Shown: positions 11,209-22,920, numbered from the stretch's first letter. The stretch is 32,000 nt of DNA from Thiofaba sp. EF100 (GCF_039822285.1 NZ_JBAJEY010000001.1:611540-643539), one strand, 5' to 3'. The notes: generated from the letters alone by a model not told the origin. Numbers and translations: made by a program.

Positions 11209-12651
11209 TCAGAGCGCGTTGAAAACGCTCGCACAGAGCGCAATCAGGCTGGTCGGATACAACCCCAGGGCCACGATGGCCAGGCCGTTCACGTTCATGA
11301 CCAGCCGCGCATCCCAGGAACGGGTCGGCATGCCCTGCACGATGGCCTTGTCGAAGTAGGCCATCTTCACCGCACGCAGGTAGTAGAAGGCGCCGATCAC
11401 GGACATCACCACCGCATACACCGCCAGCCACACCATGTCGATGTCGACCACGGCCTGCAGCACCGCGAGCTTGGCCCAGAAGCCGAGGGTGAACGGGATG
11501 CCGGCCATGGAGAACATCAGCACCAGCAGGATGAAGGCTATCCACGGGCTGCGGTCGTTGAGGCCCTTGAGATCGTCGAGCTGATCCGCCTCCAGGCCCT
11601 TGGAGGCGAGGTAGGTGATCAGGCCGAAGCCACCGAGGGTCATCAGCGCATAAGCGAGGGTGTAGAACAGCGCGGCCGAGGCACCGGCCGTGGTGCCCGC
11701 GAGCACACCCAGCAGGATGAAGCCGACGTGGGACACGGTCGAATAGGCCAGCATGCGCTTGAAGCTGGTCTGCGCGATGGCGATCACGTTGCCCACGAAC
11801 AGCGAGGCCACGGCGAACACGATGAGCAGGGTCTGCCAGTCGTCCAGCATGGCGCCCAGGGCATCGCCGAGCAGGCGCAGCAGCAGGGCGAGTGCTGCGA
11901 TCTTCGGCGCGGCACTCATATAGAGGGTCACGCCAGTGGGGGCGCCGTCATAGACATCCGGCAACCACATGTGGAACGGCGCGGCACCGACCTTGAACAC
12001 CAGGCCCGCGACCATGAACACGATGGCGAACACCAACGCGGTGTCGGAGGCGGTGCCCCCCATGACCGCCTGGCGGATGGCCGGAAGATCCAGCGAACCG
12101 GTCACACCGTAGAGCATGGACATGCCATACAGCAGCAGACCGGAGGCCAGCGCGCCAAGGACGAAATACTTCATCGCCGCCTCGGAGGCGCGGATGTCGT
12201 CGCGGTGAACCACCACCATGGCATACATGGCGAGCGACATCAGCTCAAGACCGAGGAACACCAGCAGCAGGCTGTAGGCGCTGACCATGACCATCATGCC
12301 CAGCACGCCAAAGAGGCCGAGGATGTAGTACTCGCCCTTCTGGATGTCGCGCTCCTTGAGGTAGTCGCGCGAGAGGGCGAAGGCCATGGAGGTGATCAGC
12401 AGGATGAACAGCTTCATCACATCCGACATGGCATCGTTGATGACGCTCCCCTCGAAGCTCAGGCGCTGATCCGCACTGGCGCCGAACCAGACGGCCACGA
12501 AGGTCGCGGCCAGGGCGGCCTGGCTGAGCCAGTAGGTGACGTCGCGGCGGCCATCGCGCAGGAAGACGTCGATCAGGAGGATCGCACAGGCCAGAGCCAG
12601 GAGGAGGATCTCCGGCAGTACGGGCATCAGGTTGAGCGCATCAAGGGTCAT
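11209..12651 (-). CDS. nuoN: NADH-quinone oxidoreductase subunit N
   Basis: Polytopic antiporter-like subunit, last gene of the nuo operon (FHMWLPDVYDGAP, KRMLAYSTVSHVGF). ATG at 12651 (MTLDALNLM) is preferred; the track start at 12669 is a TTG. Confidence 0.93.
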   Translation of the reverse strand: MTLDALNLMPVLPEILLLALACAILLIDVFLRDGRRDVTYWLSQAALAATFVAVWFGASADQRLSFEGSVINDAMSDVMKLFILLITSMAFALSRDYLKERDIQKGEYYILGLFGVLGMMVMVSAYSLLLVFLGLELMSLAMYAMVVVHRDDIRASEAAMKYFVLGALASGLLLYGMSMLYGVTGSLDLPAIRQAVMGGTASDTALVFAIVFMVAGLVFKVGAAPFHMWLPDVYDGAPTGVTLYMSAAPKIAALALLLRLLGDALGAMLDDWQTLLIVFAVASLFVGNVIAIAQTSFKRMLAYSTVSHVGFILLGVLAGTTAGASAALFYTLAYALMTLGGFGLITYLASKGLEADQLDDLKGLNDRSPWIAFILLVLMFSMAGIPFTLGFWAKLAVLQAVVDIDMVWLAVYAVVMSVIGAFYYLRAVKMAYFDKAIVQGMPTRSWDARLVMNVNGLAIVALGLYPTSLIALCASVFNAL

Positions 12652-12665
12652 GTCGGTACCAAAGC

Positions 12666-14180
12666 TCAAAGCTTGGATTGGGCAATGTGGTGGACGAGGT
12701 TGTCGATGCTGGCGTGCATGACATGGGCCAGCGGATCAGGCCACACACCGAGCAGGATCACGAAGAAGGCCAGGCTCGCCATGATCAAGAATTCGCGGGC
12801 ATTCACGTCGGGCATGCGGGCCACCTCGGCATGGCGCACCTCACCGAAGATCACGCGCTTCACCATCCACAGGGTGTAGGCGGCGCCGATGATCAGGGTC
12901 AGGGCCGCGATCAGGGCAATCCAGAAGTTGGCCTTGAAGCTTGCGAGGATCACCATGAACTCGCCGACGAAGCCGGAGGTTCCAGGCAGGCCAACGTTGG
13001 CCATGGCGAACAGCACGACGAAGGTCGCAAACCAGGGCATGCTGTTGACCACCCCGCCGTAGGCCGAAATCTCGCGGGTGTGCATGCGGTCATACAGCAC
13101 GCCGATGGCGAGGAACATGGCGGCGGAGATGAAGCCGTGCGAGACCATCTGCACCATGGCCCCCTCGAGCGCGAGCGAAGCCCCGCCCTCGCCCACCGGG
13201 TTCTGCATGATCATGAAGACGATGAACATCCCCAGGGTGACGAAGCCCATGTGCGAGATGGAGGAATAGGCCACCAGCTTTTTCATGTCGCTCTGCACCA
13301 GGGCGACGAAACCGATGTACACGATGGCCACCAGCGACATGAAGATGATCAGCCAGTCGAGCGCGGCGCTCGCATCCGGGGTGATGGGCAGGGAGAAGCG
13401 CATGAAGCCATAGCCGCCGATCTTCAGCATGATCGCCGCCAGGATCACCGAGCCACCGGTCGGGGCCTCGACGTGCGCATCCGGCAGCCAGGTGTGCACC
13501 GGCCACATCGGGATCTTGACCGCGAAGGCGATCAGGAAGGCGAGGAAGATCAGGGTCTGCTCAGTGGCATTGAGCGGCAGGGCGTGCATGTCCAGCACGC
13601 TGAAGCTGCCCGACTTGAAGTACATGTAGATCAGGGCGACCAGCATGAACACCGAGCCGAGGAAGGTGTAGAGGAAGAACTTCAGCGTGGCGTACACGCG
13701 GCGCGGACCGCCCCACATGCCGATCACGAGATACATCGGGATCAGCATACCCTCGAAGAAGAAGTAGAACAGGATGGCGTCGAGGGCGGCGAAGGTGCCG
13801 ACCATCATGCCTTCCATGATCAGGAAGGCGGCCATGTACTGGGCCACCTTCTCCTGGATGACCTCCCAGCCGGCCAGCACCACCAGCACGGTGGTGAAGG
13901 TGGTCAGCAGGATCAGCGGCATGGAGATGCCGTCCACCCCGAGGAAATAATCGATGTGGAAGGTCGGGATCCACGGGAGGCGCTCGACGAACTGCATGGA
14001 TGCGGTCGAGGCGTCAAAACCGAAGGCGAGCGGCAGGCTGAGGAAGAAGACCAGCAGACTGCCCAGCAGGCTGATGCGGCGAACGGCCTGCGGTGAGCGA
14101 TCGCCAACCATCAGCACCAGCACGCCGGTGATGATGGGGAGCCAGACAAGCAGGCTAAGCAGGGGCCAATCAGCAAACAT
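12666..14180 (-). CDS. nuoM: NADH-quinone oxidoreductase subunit M
   Basis: 504 aa antiporter-like subunit (WPVHTWLPDAHVEAPT, KKLVAYSSISHMGF); position between nuoL and nuoN. Confidence 0.95.
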   Translation of the reverse strand: MFADWPLLSLLVWLPIITGVLVLMVGDRSPQAVRRISLLGSLLVFFLSLPLAFGFDASTASMQFVERLPWIPTFHIDYFLGVDGISMPLILLTTFTTVLVVLAGWEVIQEKVAQYMAAFLIMEGMMVGTFAALDAILFYFFFEGMLIPMYLVIGMWGGPRRVYATLKFFLYTFLGSVFMLVALIYMYFKSGSFSVLDMHALPLNATEQTLIFLAFLIAFAVKIPMWPVHTWLPDAHVEAPTGGSVILAAIMLKIGGYGFMRFSLPITPDASAALDWLIIFMSLVAIVYIGFVALVQSDMKKLVAYSSISHMGFVTLGMFIVFMIMQNPVGEGGASLALEGAMVQMVSHGFISAAMFLAIGVLYDRMHTREISAYGGVVNSMPWFATFVVLFAMANVGLPGTSGFVGEFMVILASFKANFWIALIAALTLIIGAAYTLWMVKRVIFGEVRHAEVARMPDVNAREFLIMASLAFFVILLGVWPDPLAHVMHASIDNLVHHIAQSKL

Positions 14181-14235
14181 CCAAGCGTCCTAGGTTCTTA
14201 ACGTTGTGAGGAGTGGTTGCGTGGTTCCGGGCGGA

Positions 14236-16188
14236 TCAGAAGAACAGCGCCCAGGTCAGCATCACCAGCAGGGCCAGGATCATCACGAAGGCGTAATGAT
14301 ACATGAGCCCCGTCTGCATCAGCCGTGCTACGGCCGCCAGACGGCCGATGCCGTTGGCTGTGCCATTGACCAGCAGGCCGTCGATCAGCTTGCTGTCGGA
14401 CCATTGCCACAGACCGCGGCCCAGGGCACGGCTGCCGGCGGCGAACACCGTGTTGTTGAAATCATCGAAGCCGTAGCCGCGCTTGAGCAGGCGGTTGAGC
14501 CAGGCAAAACGCTGCTCGGCCTGAGCGGCAATGTTGCGGTTCTTGAGGGTGATCAGCCAGGCCAGGGCGACGCCCGCGGCCGCGAGCCACAGGGCCGGCG
14601 TCATCAGACCGTGCAGGACGAAGGCAGCCGCACCATGGAAGGAAGCACCCATCACGCCGAGCACGTCATGCGCCTCGTTGACATGGATGATGCCCTTGAA
14701 CAGCTCACCAAACAGCATCGGCTCGATCGCCACCCAACCGATCATCACCGCCGGGACGGCGAGCACGATCAGCGGCAGGGTGACCACCCACGGCGACTCG
14801 TGCAGATGCTCGCGGGTATGCTCATCCATGCGCTCCTTGCCGAAGAACACCAGGAAGAACATGCGGAAGGTGTAGAAGGCAGTGACGAACACCCCGAACA
14901 GCACCAGCCAGTAGGCCAGCCCCGCCCCCGGCAGGGTCGAGTGGTGGATCGACTCGATGATCGCATCCTTGGAGAAGAAGCCGGAGAAACCGGGGAAGCC
15001 GATCAGAGCCAAGGCGCCGATCAGGAAGGTCCAGAAGGTGATCGGCATGTACTTGCGCAGGCCGCCCATCTTGCGGATGTCCTGCTCGTGGTGCATGGCG
15101 ATGATGACCGAGCCTGCGGCCAGGAACAGCAGGGCCTTGAAGAAGGCGTGGGTCATCAGGTGGAAGATCGCCGCCGAGTAAGCCGAGGCACCGAGCGCGG
15201 CGGTCATGTAGCCAAGCTGGGACAGGGTGGAATAGGCCACCACCTGCTTGATGTCGTTGGCGACGATGCCGAGCAGGCCCATGGAGAAGGCGGTGATGGC
15301 ACCGATGACCATGATGAAGGCGAGCGCAGCCTCGGACAGCTCGTACATGGGCGACATGCGCGCCACCATGAAGATGCCCGCGGTCACCATGGTCGCGGCG
15401 TGGATGAGTGCGGAGATCGGGGTCGGGCCCTCCATGGAGTCCGGCAGCCAGACGTGCAGCGGGATCTGCGCGGACTTACCCATCGCGCCGATGAACAGCA
15501 GGATGCAGATCACCGAGATCAGCGACCAGTCGACGCCGGGGATCACCTGGATCTGGATCGCGGCAAGCGTGCTCGCCTGCTCGAACACCTTGGCGTAGTC
15601 CAGGGTGCCGGTGTAGACCAGGACCGCGGCGATGCCGAGCAGGAAGCCAAAGTCGCCCACCCGGTTGACCAGGAAGGCCTTCAGGTTGGCGAAGATCGCA
15701 CTCTCGCGCTTGTACCAGAAGCCGATCAAGAGGTAGGACACCAGGCCCACCGCCTCCCAGCCGAAGAACAGCTGCATGAAGTTGTTGCTCATCACCAGCA
15801 TCAGCATGGAGAAGGTGAAGAGCGAGATGTAGCTGAAGAAGCGCTGATAGCCCGGATCGTCATGCATGTAGCCGATGGTGTAGATGTGCACCATCAGACT
15901 CACACCGGTGACGATGACCATCATCACGGCGGTCAGGTTGTCGACCAAGAAACCCACCTCAAAGGTGAACAGGTCGCTGGCCAGCCAGGTGTAGACCGCG
16001 CCGTTGAAGGCCGCCCCGCCGTCGAGCACGTGGAACTTGAACGCGACCAGGGCGAGCACGAAGGCCACGGCCACACCGAGGATGGTGACACTATGCGCAC
16101 CCGCGCGGCCGATCTGGCGGCCGAACAGGCCGGCGATGATCGAGCCGATCAGCGGGGAGAGGACGATCCAGAGGTACAGGGTTTCCAT
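14236..16188 (-). CDS. nuoL: NADH-quinone oxidoreductase subunit L
   Basis: 650 aa; the largest antiporter-like subunit (GKSAQIPLHVWLPDSMEGPTPISALIHAATMVTAG). Confidence 0.95.
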   Translation of the reverse strand: METLYLWIVLSPLIGSIIAGLFGRQIGRAGAHSVTILGVAVAFVLALVAFKFHVLDGGAAFNGAVYTWLASDLFTFEVGFLVDNLTAVMMVIVTGVSLMVHIYTIGYMHDDPGYQRFFSYISLFTFSMLMLVMSNNFMQLFFGWEAVGLVSYLLIGFWYKRESAIFANLKAFLVNRVGDFGFLLGIAAVLVYTGTLDYAKVFEQASTLAAIQIQVIPGVDWSLISVICILLFIGAMGKSAQIPLHVWLPDSMEGPTPISALIHAATMVTAGIFMVARMSPMYELSEAALAFIMVIGAITAFSMGLLGIVANDIKQVVAYSTLSQLGYMTAALGASAYSAAIFHLMTHAFFKALLFLAAGSVIIAMHHEQDIRKMGGLRKYMPITFWTFLIGALALIGFPGFSGFFSKDAIIESIHHSTLPGAGLAYWLVLFGVFVTAFYTFRMFFLVFFGKERMDEHTREHLHESPWVVTLPLIVLAVPAVMIGWVAIEPMLFGELFKGIIHVNEAHDVLGVMGASFHGAAAFVLHGLMTPALWLAAAGVALAWLITLKNRNIAAQAEQRFAWLNRLLKRGYGFDDFNNTVFAAGSRALGRGLWQWSDSKLIDGLLVNGTANGIGRLAAVARLMQTGLMYHYAFVMILALLVMLTWALFF

Positions 16189-16193
16189 GCGTG

Positions 16194-16499
16194 TTAGCCC
16201 TTCACGCTGTCGAGGTCGGACACGTTGATGCTGCGGCGGTTACGGAACAGCACGACCAAGATGGCGAGGCCGATCGCAGCCTCGGCAGCGGCCACGGTCA
16301 GGATGAAGAACACGAAGGCCTGTCCGGCGGTATCCCCCAGAAAGTGGGAGAAGCCGACGAAGTTGATGTTCACCGCGAGCAGCATCAGTTCGATGCTCAT
16401 CAGCAGGATCAGCACGTTCTTGCGGTTGAGGAAGATCCCGGCGAGCGACAGTCCGAACAGGACGGCGCCGAAGATCAGCACATCAGACAGGGCGATCAT
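16194..16499 (-). CDS. nuoK: NADH-quinone oxidoreductase subunit K
   Basis: 101 aa, 3 TM segments, NuoK-like ([29 protein letters not shown]). The ATG overlaps the nuoJ stop (ATGA). Confidence 0.95.
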   Translation of the reverse strand: MIALSDVLIFGAVLFGLSLAGIFLNRKNVLILLMSIELMLLAVNINFVGFSHFLGDTAGQAFVFFILTVAAAEAAIGLAILVVLFRNRRSINVSDLDSVKG

Positions 16500-17128
16500 G
16501 CGCCTTCTCCTTCATTCGTGGCCTGGACACGGCTCTCGGCAGGCATTTTGACCATGCGGATACGATCCTCGCGGCGCACCTTGGCCTGCGCGGCGGCATC
16601 CTGGTACTTGACACCAGGACGGCGACGCAGGGTGAGCATGATGGCGGCGACCATCGCCACCAGCAGGATCACCGCCGCGATCTCGAACGGATAGACGTAG
16701 ACGGTGTACAGCACGCCGCCGAGTTCGGCCGTATTGCTGTAGTCCGCCGGTTTCGGCGCAGGCGCGGGATAGATGTCCAGGCCGAACAGCTTCGGCCCCA
16801 GCACCAGCGACATCTCGACGATCATCACCACGGCCACGGCAGCACCGATGGGCAGGAAGCGGACGAAGCCCTCGCGCATGACCGCGGTGTTGATGTCCAG
16901 CATCATCACCACGAACAGGAACATGACCATCACCGCCCCGACGTAGACCAGGATCAGCACGATGCCGAGAAACTCGGCCTCCAGCAACAGCCACACCAGC
17001 GCGGTGCTGAAGAAGGTCAGGATCAGGTACAGCGCGGCATGCACGGGGTTGCGCGTGGTCACCATGCGGAACGCGGAGAGCACCGACACCGAGGTGAAGA
17101 TGAAGAACAGCAGCTTGATGAAGCTCAT
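16496..17128 (-). CDS. nuoJ: NADH-quinone oxidoreductase subunit J
   Basis: 210 aa hydrophobic subunit ([39 protein letters not shown]); operon position. Confidence 0.93.
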   Translation of the reverse strand: MSFIKLLFFIFTSVSVLSAFRMVTTRNPVHAALYLILTFFSTALVWLLLEAEFLGIVLILVYVGAVMVMFLFVVMMLDINTAVMREGFVRFLPIGAAVAVVMIVEMSLVLGPKLFGLDIYPAPAPKPADYSNTAELGGVLYTVYVYPFEIAAVILLVAMVAAIMLTLRRRPGVKYQDAAAQAKVRREDRIRMVKMPAESRVQATNEGEGA

Positions 17129-17169
17129 GGGTAGAAACCTGTCATTGCGGGCCTGTCATGACCACCCGG

Positions 17170-17658
17170 TCAGCGGTAACGCGCATCGGCCAGACGATCA
17201 GCCGCGATCTGCGCCTCGTACTTGTCACCCATGGCCAGGAGCTTGTCCTTGGTCATGATGTGCTCGCCGCGCGCCTCGAAGTGGTACTCGAACACGCGGG
17301 TCTCGACGATCGCGTCCACCGGGCAGGCCTCCTCACAGAAGCCGCAGTAGATGCACTTGAACAGGTCGATGTCGTAGCGCGTGGTGCGGCGGGTGCCATC
17401 CTCACGCTGCTCCGACTCGATGGTGATGGCCAGCGCCGGGCAGACCGCCTCGCACAGCTTGCAGGCGATGCAGCGCTCCTCGCCGCTGGCGTAGCGGCGC
17501 TGCGCATGCAGGCCGCGGAAGCGCGGCGACATCGGGGTCTTTTCCTCCGGGTACTGCACGGTGAACTTGCGGGCGAACAGGTAGCGCCCGGTCAGCTTCA
17601 TCCCCAGCAGCAGCTCCCACAGGAACCAGGTCTTGATGAATTGTTTGATGGCGTTCAT
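17170..17658 (-). CDS. nuoI: NADH-quinone oxidoreductase subunit I
   Basis: 162 aa from the ATG at 17658 ([10 protein letters not shown]); two 4Fe-4S ferredoxin motifs, [12 protein letters not shown] and [12 protein letters not shown]. Confidence 0.95.
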   Translation of the reverse strand: MNAIKQFIKTWFLWELLLGMKLTGRYLFARKFTVQYPEEKTPMSPRFRGLHAQRRYASGEERCIACKLCEAVCPALAITIESEQREDGTRRTTRYDIDLFKCIYCGFCEEACPVDAIVETRVFEYHFEARGEHIMTKDKLLAMGDKYEAQIAADRLADARYR

Positions 17659-17671
17659 GGGCAAGGCTCCG

Positions 17672-18727
17672 TTACGCAAACCAGGGGCCAAGCTTGAAGT
17701 ACACGGCCACACCCTCGACCACGATCCACAGGATCGTCAGCGGGATGAAGACCTTCCAGCCCAGGCGCATGATCTGGTCATAGCGGTAGCGCGGGAAGGT
17801 GGCACGGAACCACAGGAAGAGGAACAGCAGGATGGCCACCTTGGCGAACATCCAGAAGATGCCCGGCACCCAGGCGAAGGCCGCCTCGAGGAAGCTCCCT
17901 TGGAACGGCGACAGCCAGCCGCCGAGGAACATGACCGCGGTGAGGGCCGAGATCAGGATCATGTTGGCGTATTCGGCCAGCATGAAGATGGCGAAGGCCA
18001 TGCCGGAATATTCGACGTGGAAACCCGCGACGATCTCGGATTCGCCCTCGGCGATGTCGAACGGGGCGCGGTTGGTCTCGGCCACGCCGGAGATGAAGTA
18101 GACCAGGAACATGGGCAAGAGCGGCAGCCAGTACCAGTTCAGGATGCTGCCGTCCTGGGCGCGCACGATCTCCTGCAGGTTGAGGCTCTTGCTCGCCATC
18201 AGCACGCCGACCAGGGCGAAACCCATGGCGAGTTCGTAGGCGATCTTGTGCGCGGCCGAACGCATGCCACCGAGCAGGGCGTACTTGGAGTTGGAGGCCC
18301 AGCCGGCGAGGATGACACCATAGACGCCCGCAGCGCCGACCGCGAGGACGTAGAGCAGACCGGCGTTGACATCGGCGACCACCCAGCCGTCATCGAAGGG
18401 CACCACGGCCCAGGCCACCAGCGCGGCAATCAGGATGATGATCGGCGAGGCGAAAAAGATGAACTTGTTCGCCTGGCTCGGAACGATGATCTCCTTGAAC
18501 ACCAGCTTGAACATGTCGGCCAGCGGCTGCAGGGCGCCGCGCGGGCCGACCCGGTTCGGGCCGATGCGCACCTGCATGTAGCCGATCACCTTGCGCTCGG
18601 CCAGGGTCAGGTAGGCGACCGCGCCGGTCAGGGGCAGGATGATGAGCAGGGTCTGGATCAGGATCAGGACGACCTGCTGCATGCCCTCGGGAAAGAGGTT
18701 CAACAGTGGGGAGAGGAACTCGGCCAT
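17672..18727 (-). CDS. nuoH: NADH-quinone oxidoreductase subunit H
   Basis: 351 aa; [21 protein letters not shown] and [26 protein letters not shown] are classic NuoH/ND1 motifs. Confidence 0.95.
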   Translation of the reverse strand: MAEFLSPLLNLFPEGMQQVVLILIQTLLIILPLTGAVAYLTLAERKVIGYMQVRIGPNRVGPRGALQPLADMFKLVFKEIIVPSQANKFIFFASPIIILIAALVAWAVVPFDDGWVVADVNAGLLYVLAVGAAGVYGVILAGWASNSKYALLGGMRSAAHKIAYELAMGFALVGVLMASKSLNLQEIVRAQDGSILNWYWLPLLPMFLVYFISGVAETNRAPFDIAEGESEIVAGFHVEYSGMAFAIFMLAEYANMILISALTAVMFLGGWLSPFQGSFLEAAFAWVPGIFWMFAKVAILLFLFLWFRATFPRYRYDQIMRLGWKVFIPLTILWIVVEGVAVYFKLGPWFA

Positions 18728-18730
18728 CGT

Positions 18731-21085
18731 TTACACCTTGCGAACCTGAACGTGGAGCGCATCGCCAAGGGCGGCGGTCTGCGCCGCGCCGTAGGGGATC
18801 CATGCACATCCCGCGGGAATGCCTTCATCGGCCTGCACGGCCAGGGTGATATGCGCGTCGCCCGCGGCAATCACGGCCGCATCCGTCAGCCCAAGCCGCG
18901 CGATCTCGTCGGGATGCAGACGCACGACCACGTTGCCCCCCTCAAAGGTTGCCTGCAGGGCCGGCGAGCGACGTACCAGGGCATCCGAGGCATACAGGGC
19001 GACGCCGCCGATGCGCTGCATGCCCTCCTCGCTCGCCGCCTGGGCAGAGGGGGCCACGTCGACGGGCGCGAGGCCTTGGTCAAGCGCCACGTCCTGACAG
19101 AGGGCGCGCAGTTCGTCACGCACCTCTTCCGAGGATAGGTAGTCGAACCCTTCGAGGTTCGCCAGGTTGCCGAGCACGCGCAGCACCTTCCACCCCGGAC
19201 GGGCCTCACCCTGCGGGCGAGCCACGCCGCGCATCCCCTGCCAGCGCCCTTCGGTGTTGACGTAGGTGCCGGAGGTCTCGGCAAAGGCCGCGATCGGCAG
19301 GATCACATGGGCGTAAGACTGCATGGCGGCGGTCATGAACGGCGAGAGCACGACATTGCACTCGGCCTGGGCCAGAGCCTTGAGCGCGGCCTCTCCCGCC
19401 AGGCTGTCATGCTCGGGCTCGACGCCGACCAGCAGGTGGGCCTTGCCGGCGCCGGCGAGCATGGCCGCCGCGTGCAGACCGGCCACGCCTGCGGCCTTCC
19501 CGCCCGGCAGGCGGTGGGGCACGGCCCCGGCCAGCCAGGCGCCCGCGCTGTTGCCACTGGCGGCGAATTCGCCCAGCGTGGCCCCCGTGGCAGCCGAGAT
19601 CGCACGGGCGAGCTGGCGCAGCACGGCGAGGTCCGGGTGGGCCTGGGCGAGCGCACCAAGGTAGATGCCGGCACGCTTGGCCTGCTTGAGGGAGGCGGCC
19701 ACAGCCTCGTGGCGCGCCTCGACCCGGGCCTGGGCCACGAGCGTCGCCAGCGCGCCGCCCAGCCCTTCCGGCCCGAGCGCGGCGAGAATGGCAGCAAGAT
19801 CGTCAACCATGCCGGCGTTGCCGGAGGCGAGCTGCTCGAACACCTCGAAGGTCTGCGGCAGCACGGCCGGGTTGACGAAGGAGACCTTGGCGCCGGCGAG
19901 GGCGGCCTTGCGCAGACGCTGGGCCAGCAGGGGTTGCTCGTGACGGATGTGGCTGCCGATTACCAGCACGGCCTGCTGGTGGTCGAGCTCGGCGACATCA
20001 TGGCCGAGCCAGGGCATGGCAGGCAGGGCGTCCTGGTCGCGGAAGTCGCGCTGGCGCAGGCGGTGGTCGATGTTGGCCGAGCCGAGCCCACGGGTCAGCT
20101 TCTGCGCAAGGTAGATCTCTTCGAGCGTGCTGTGTGGGGCCACGAGGGTGCGCAGTGCGCTGCCCGCGGCCTTGAGGCCGCGAGCCGCGATCTCCAGCGC
20201 CTCTTCCCAGCTGGCCTCGCGCCAGCCGGCCTCGACACGCACCATCGGGCTGGTCAGGCGATCGCCCGCCGTAAGGCCCATGTAGCTGAAGCGGTCGCGG
20301 TCGGACAGCCAGACCTCGTTGACCGCCTCATTCTCGCGCGGGACCACGCGCATGACGTTGCCGTCGCGGGTGTGGACGTAGATGTTGGAACCCAGGCCAT
20401 CGTGCGGGGCAATGGCCGCATGCTGGGCCAGCTCCCAGGGGCGGAAGGTGTAGCGCGACGGCTTGGCGGTCAGGGCGCCGACCGGACACAGGTCGATGAC
20501 GTTGCCGGAGATCTCCGAAGTCACCGCCTTGGCGATGTAGGTGCCGATCTCCATGTGCTCGCTGCGACCGGTCGCCCCCAGCTCGCGCAGGCCGGCAATC
20601 TCCTCGCCGAAACGCACGCAGCGGGTGCAGTGGATGCAGCGGGTCATGTCGGTGGCGATCAGCGGACCGATGTCCTTGTCCTTCACCACGCGCTTGGTCT
20701 CGGAGTACTGACCGACGCCGTCGCCATAGCCCATGGCGACGTCCTGCAGCTCGCACTCCCCGCCCTGGTCGCAGATCGGGCAGTCCAGCGGGTGGTTGAT
20801 GAGCAGGAACTCCATGGTCGCACGCTGGGCGGCGATGGCCTTGGGCGACTTGGTGAATACGCGCATGCCTTCGGAGATGGGCGTGGCGCAGGCCGGCAGG
20901 GGCTTGGGCGCGCGCTCAACCTCAACCAGGCACATGCGGCAGTTGGCCGCCACAGACAGCTTGCGGTGGTAGCAGAAACGCGGGATGTGGATGCCGGCCG
21001 CGTCGGTGACCTCGATCAGCATGTCACCCTGGCGCCCATGCAGCTTCTGGCCATCGACCTCGATGGTGATCAGATCGTCGCTCAT
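18731..21085 (-). CDS. nuoG: NADH-quinone oxidoreductase subunit G
   Basis: 784 aa; N-terminal 2Fe-2S and 4Fe-4S cysteine clusters (CYHRKLSVAANCRMC, HPLDCPICDQGGEC, CIHCTRCVRF) and a molybdopterin-oxidoreductase-like C-terminal region. Confidence 0.95.
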   Translation of the reverse strand: MSDDLITIEVDGQKLHGRQGDMLIEVTDAAGIHIPRFCYHRKLSVAANCRMCLVEVERAPKPLPACATPISEGMRVFTKSPKAIAAQRATMEFLLINHPLDCPICDQGGECELQDVAMGYGDGVGQYSETKRVVKDKDIGPLIATDMTRCIHCTRCVRFGEEIAGLRELGATGRSEHMEIGTYIAKAVTSEISGNVIDLCPVGALTAKPSRYTFRPWELAQHAAIAPHDGLGSNIYVHTRDGNVMRVVPRENEAVNEVWLSDRDRFSYMGLTAGDRLTSPMVRVEAGWREASWEEALEIAARGLKAAGSALRTLVAPHSTLEEIYLAQKLTRGLGSANIDHRLRQRDFRDQDALPAMPWLGHDVAELDHQQAVLVIGSHIRHEQPLLAQRLRKAALAGAKVSFVNPAVLPQTFEVFEQLASGNAGMVDDLAAILAALGPEGLGGALATLVAQARVEARHEAVAASLKQAKRAGIYLGALAQAHPDLAVLRQLARAISAATGATLGEFAASGNSAGAWLAGAVPHRLPGGKAAGVAGLHAAAMLAGAGKAHLLVGVEPEHDSLAGEAALKALAQAECNVVLSPFMTAAMQSYAHVILPIAAFAETSGTYVNTEGRWQGMRGVARPQGEARPGWKVLRVLGNLANLEGFDYLSSEEVRDELRALCQDVALDQGLAPVDVAPSAQAASEEGMQRIGGVALYASDALVRRSPALQATFEGGNVVVRLHPDEIARLGLTDAAVIAAGDAHITLAVQADEGIPAGCAWIPYGAAQTAALGDALHVQVRKV

Positions 21086-21105
21086 TCTCAGGATCCTTGC
21101 GGCCT

Positions 21106-22389
21106 TCAGCGGCCCATGGCATCGACCATGCTATGGCCGTGCTCGATGTAGTACTCGAATTCGTGACGGAAGTGCTTGAGGAAGCTGCGCACCGGCATGG
21201 CCGCCGCATCGCCCAGGGCACAGATGGTGCGCCCCTCGATCTTGCTCGCCACGTCGTCCAGGCGCTTGAGGTCCTCCAGCGTGCCCTTGCCCTCGACGAT
21301 GCGGTTGAGCATGCGGTACAGCCAGCCCGTACCCTCGCGGCAGGGCGTGCACTGACCGCAGGACTCGGAATAGTAGAAGCGCGAGATGCGGCGCAAGGCC
21401 TTGACCATGCAGGTGGAGTCGTCCATCACGATCATGCCGCCGGAGCCGAGGAAGGTCCCGGCCTTGGCGATGGAGTCGTAGTCCATGTTGACCTGCATCA
21501 TGACCTCCCCCGGAACGACGGGCACGGACGAGCCACCGGGAATGACGGCCTTGAGCTTGCGCCCATGACGCACCCCACCGGCCATCTCAAGCAGCTTGGC
21601 AAACGGGGTGCCCATCGGGATCTCGAACACCCCGGGATTGTTCACGTGGCCGGAGACGGAGAACATCTTGGTGCCGCCGCTGTTCGGCACGCCAAGATCC
21701 GCGAACCACTTGCCGCCGTTGCGCATGATCGCCGGCACGGAGGACAGGGTTTCGGTGTTGTTGATCGTGGTCGGACGGCCGTACAGACCGAAGTTGGCAG
21801 GGAACGGCGGTTTGAAGCGCGGCTGGCCCTTCTTGCCCTCCAGCGATTCGAGCAGCGCGGTCTCCTCGCCACAGATGTAGGCGCCGGCGCCGAGCGAACC
21901 GTAGAGGTCCATGTCGACGCCGGAACCAAGGATATTCTTGCCCAGCAGGCCGGCCGCATAGGCCTCCTTCAGCGCCTGCTCGAAGCGCTGGAACGGCAGG
22001 TCGCCAAATTCGCCGCGCATGTAGTTGTAGCCGACGGTGGCACCGATGGTGTAGCCGGCGATCGCCATGCCCTCGACCAGGGCATGCGGGTTGTTGAGTA
22101 GGATCTGGCGATCCTTGGCCGTACCCGGCTCGGACTCGTCCGAGTTGCAGACGATGTATTTCTGCCCCGGAGCATTGCGCGGCATGAAGCTCCACTTCAG
22201 CCCGGTGGGGAAACCCGCGCCGCCACGGCCACGCAGATTGGAGGCCTTGAGCTCCTCGATGATGACCGCAGGGTCAGTCTTCTCGGCCAGGATCTTGCGC
22301 CAGGCCTGGTAGCCGCCGGTCTTGAGGTAGCTCTCAAGGGTCCACGGCTCGTCGAACTGGCGGGTTGCGAAACAAACCTGAACGGTCAT
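21106..22389 (-). CDS. nuoF: NADH-quinone oxidoreductase subunit F
   Basis: 427 aa; NADH/FMN-binding [23 protein letters not shown] and 4Fe-4[13 protein letters not shown]. Confidence 0.95.
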   Translation of the reverse strand: MTVQVCFATRQFDEPWTLESYLKTGGYQAWRKILAEKTDPAVIIEELKASNLRGRGGAGFPTGLKWSFMPRNAPGQKYIVCNSDESEPGTAKDRQILLNNPHALVEGMAIAGYTIGATVGYNYMRGEFGDLPFQRFEQALKEAYAAGLLGKNILGSGVDMDLYGSLGAGAYICGEETALLESLEGKKGQPRFKPPFPANFGLYGRPTTINNTETLSSVPAIMRNGGKWFADLGVPNSGGTKMFSVSGHVNNPGVFEIPMGTPFAKLLEMAGGVRHGRKLKAVIPGGSSVPVVPGEVMMQVNMDYDSIAKAGTFLGSGGMIVMDDSTCMVKALRRISRFYYSESCGQCTPCREGTGWLYRMLNRIVEGKGTLEDLKRLDDVASKIEGRTICALGDAAAMPVRSFLKHFRHEFEYYIEHGHSMVDAMGR

Positions 22390-22392
22390 GGT

Positions 22393-22920
22393 TTAGTGCC
22401 CATCGTCTTGTTGCGCCACGGCGTCGAGGATCGCGTCCACCTTCTCCGGGGTCAGGCGCTCATAGTACACGTGGTCGACCTGCATCATCGGCCCGCCATC
22501 ACAGGCGGCCAGGCACTCCTCCTCGCACTTGAGGAAGAACTTGCCGTCCGGGGTGCTCTCGCCGGTCTTGATGCCGAGCCTGTTCTCGATGTGCTCGACG
22601 ATGCGGTCGGAGCCCATCAGCCAGCAGGAGATGTTGGTGCAGACGGAGATGCTGTGGCGCCCGACCGGCTTGGTCTCGAACATCGAGTAGAAGGTCGCCA
22701 CCTCGTAGGCGGCGATCTCCGGGATGCCAAGATAGGCCGCCACGGCGTCCATCAGCTCGGTGGTCAGATAGCCGTGATTCTGGTGCTGCACGGCGCGCAG
22801 GGCGGCGAGCAGGGCCGACTGGCGACGATCCGCCGGATACTTGGCGAGCCAGTGCTCGATCTCGGCACGGGTTTCCTCGCTCAGCACGGCGATCTTGCGT
22901 TCACGTTCTTGCGCGTTCAT
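22393..22920 (-). CDS. nuoE: NADH-quinone oxidoreductase subunit E
   Basis: 175 aa; thioredoxin-like 2Fe-2S subunit (VCTNISC...CEEECLAACDGGP). The ATG at 22920 overlaps the nuoD TGA; the track start at 22923 is a TTG. Confidence 0.93.
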   Translation of the reverse strand: MNAQERERKIAVLSEETRAEIEHWLAKYPADRRQSALLAALRAVQHQNHGYLTTELMDAVAAYLGIPEIAAYEVATFYSMFETKPVGRHSISVCTNISCWLMGSDRIVEHIENRLGIKTGESTPDGKFFLKCEEECLAACDGGPMMQVDHVYYERLTPEKVDAILDAVAQQDDGH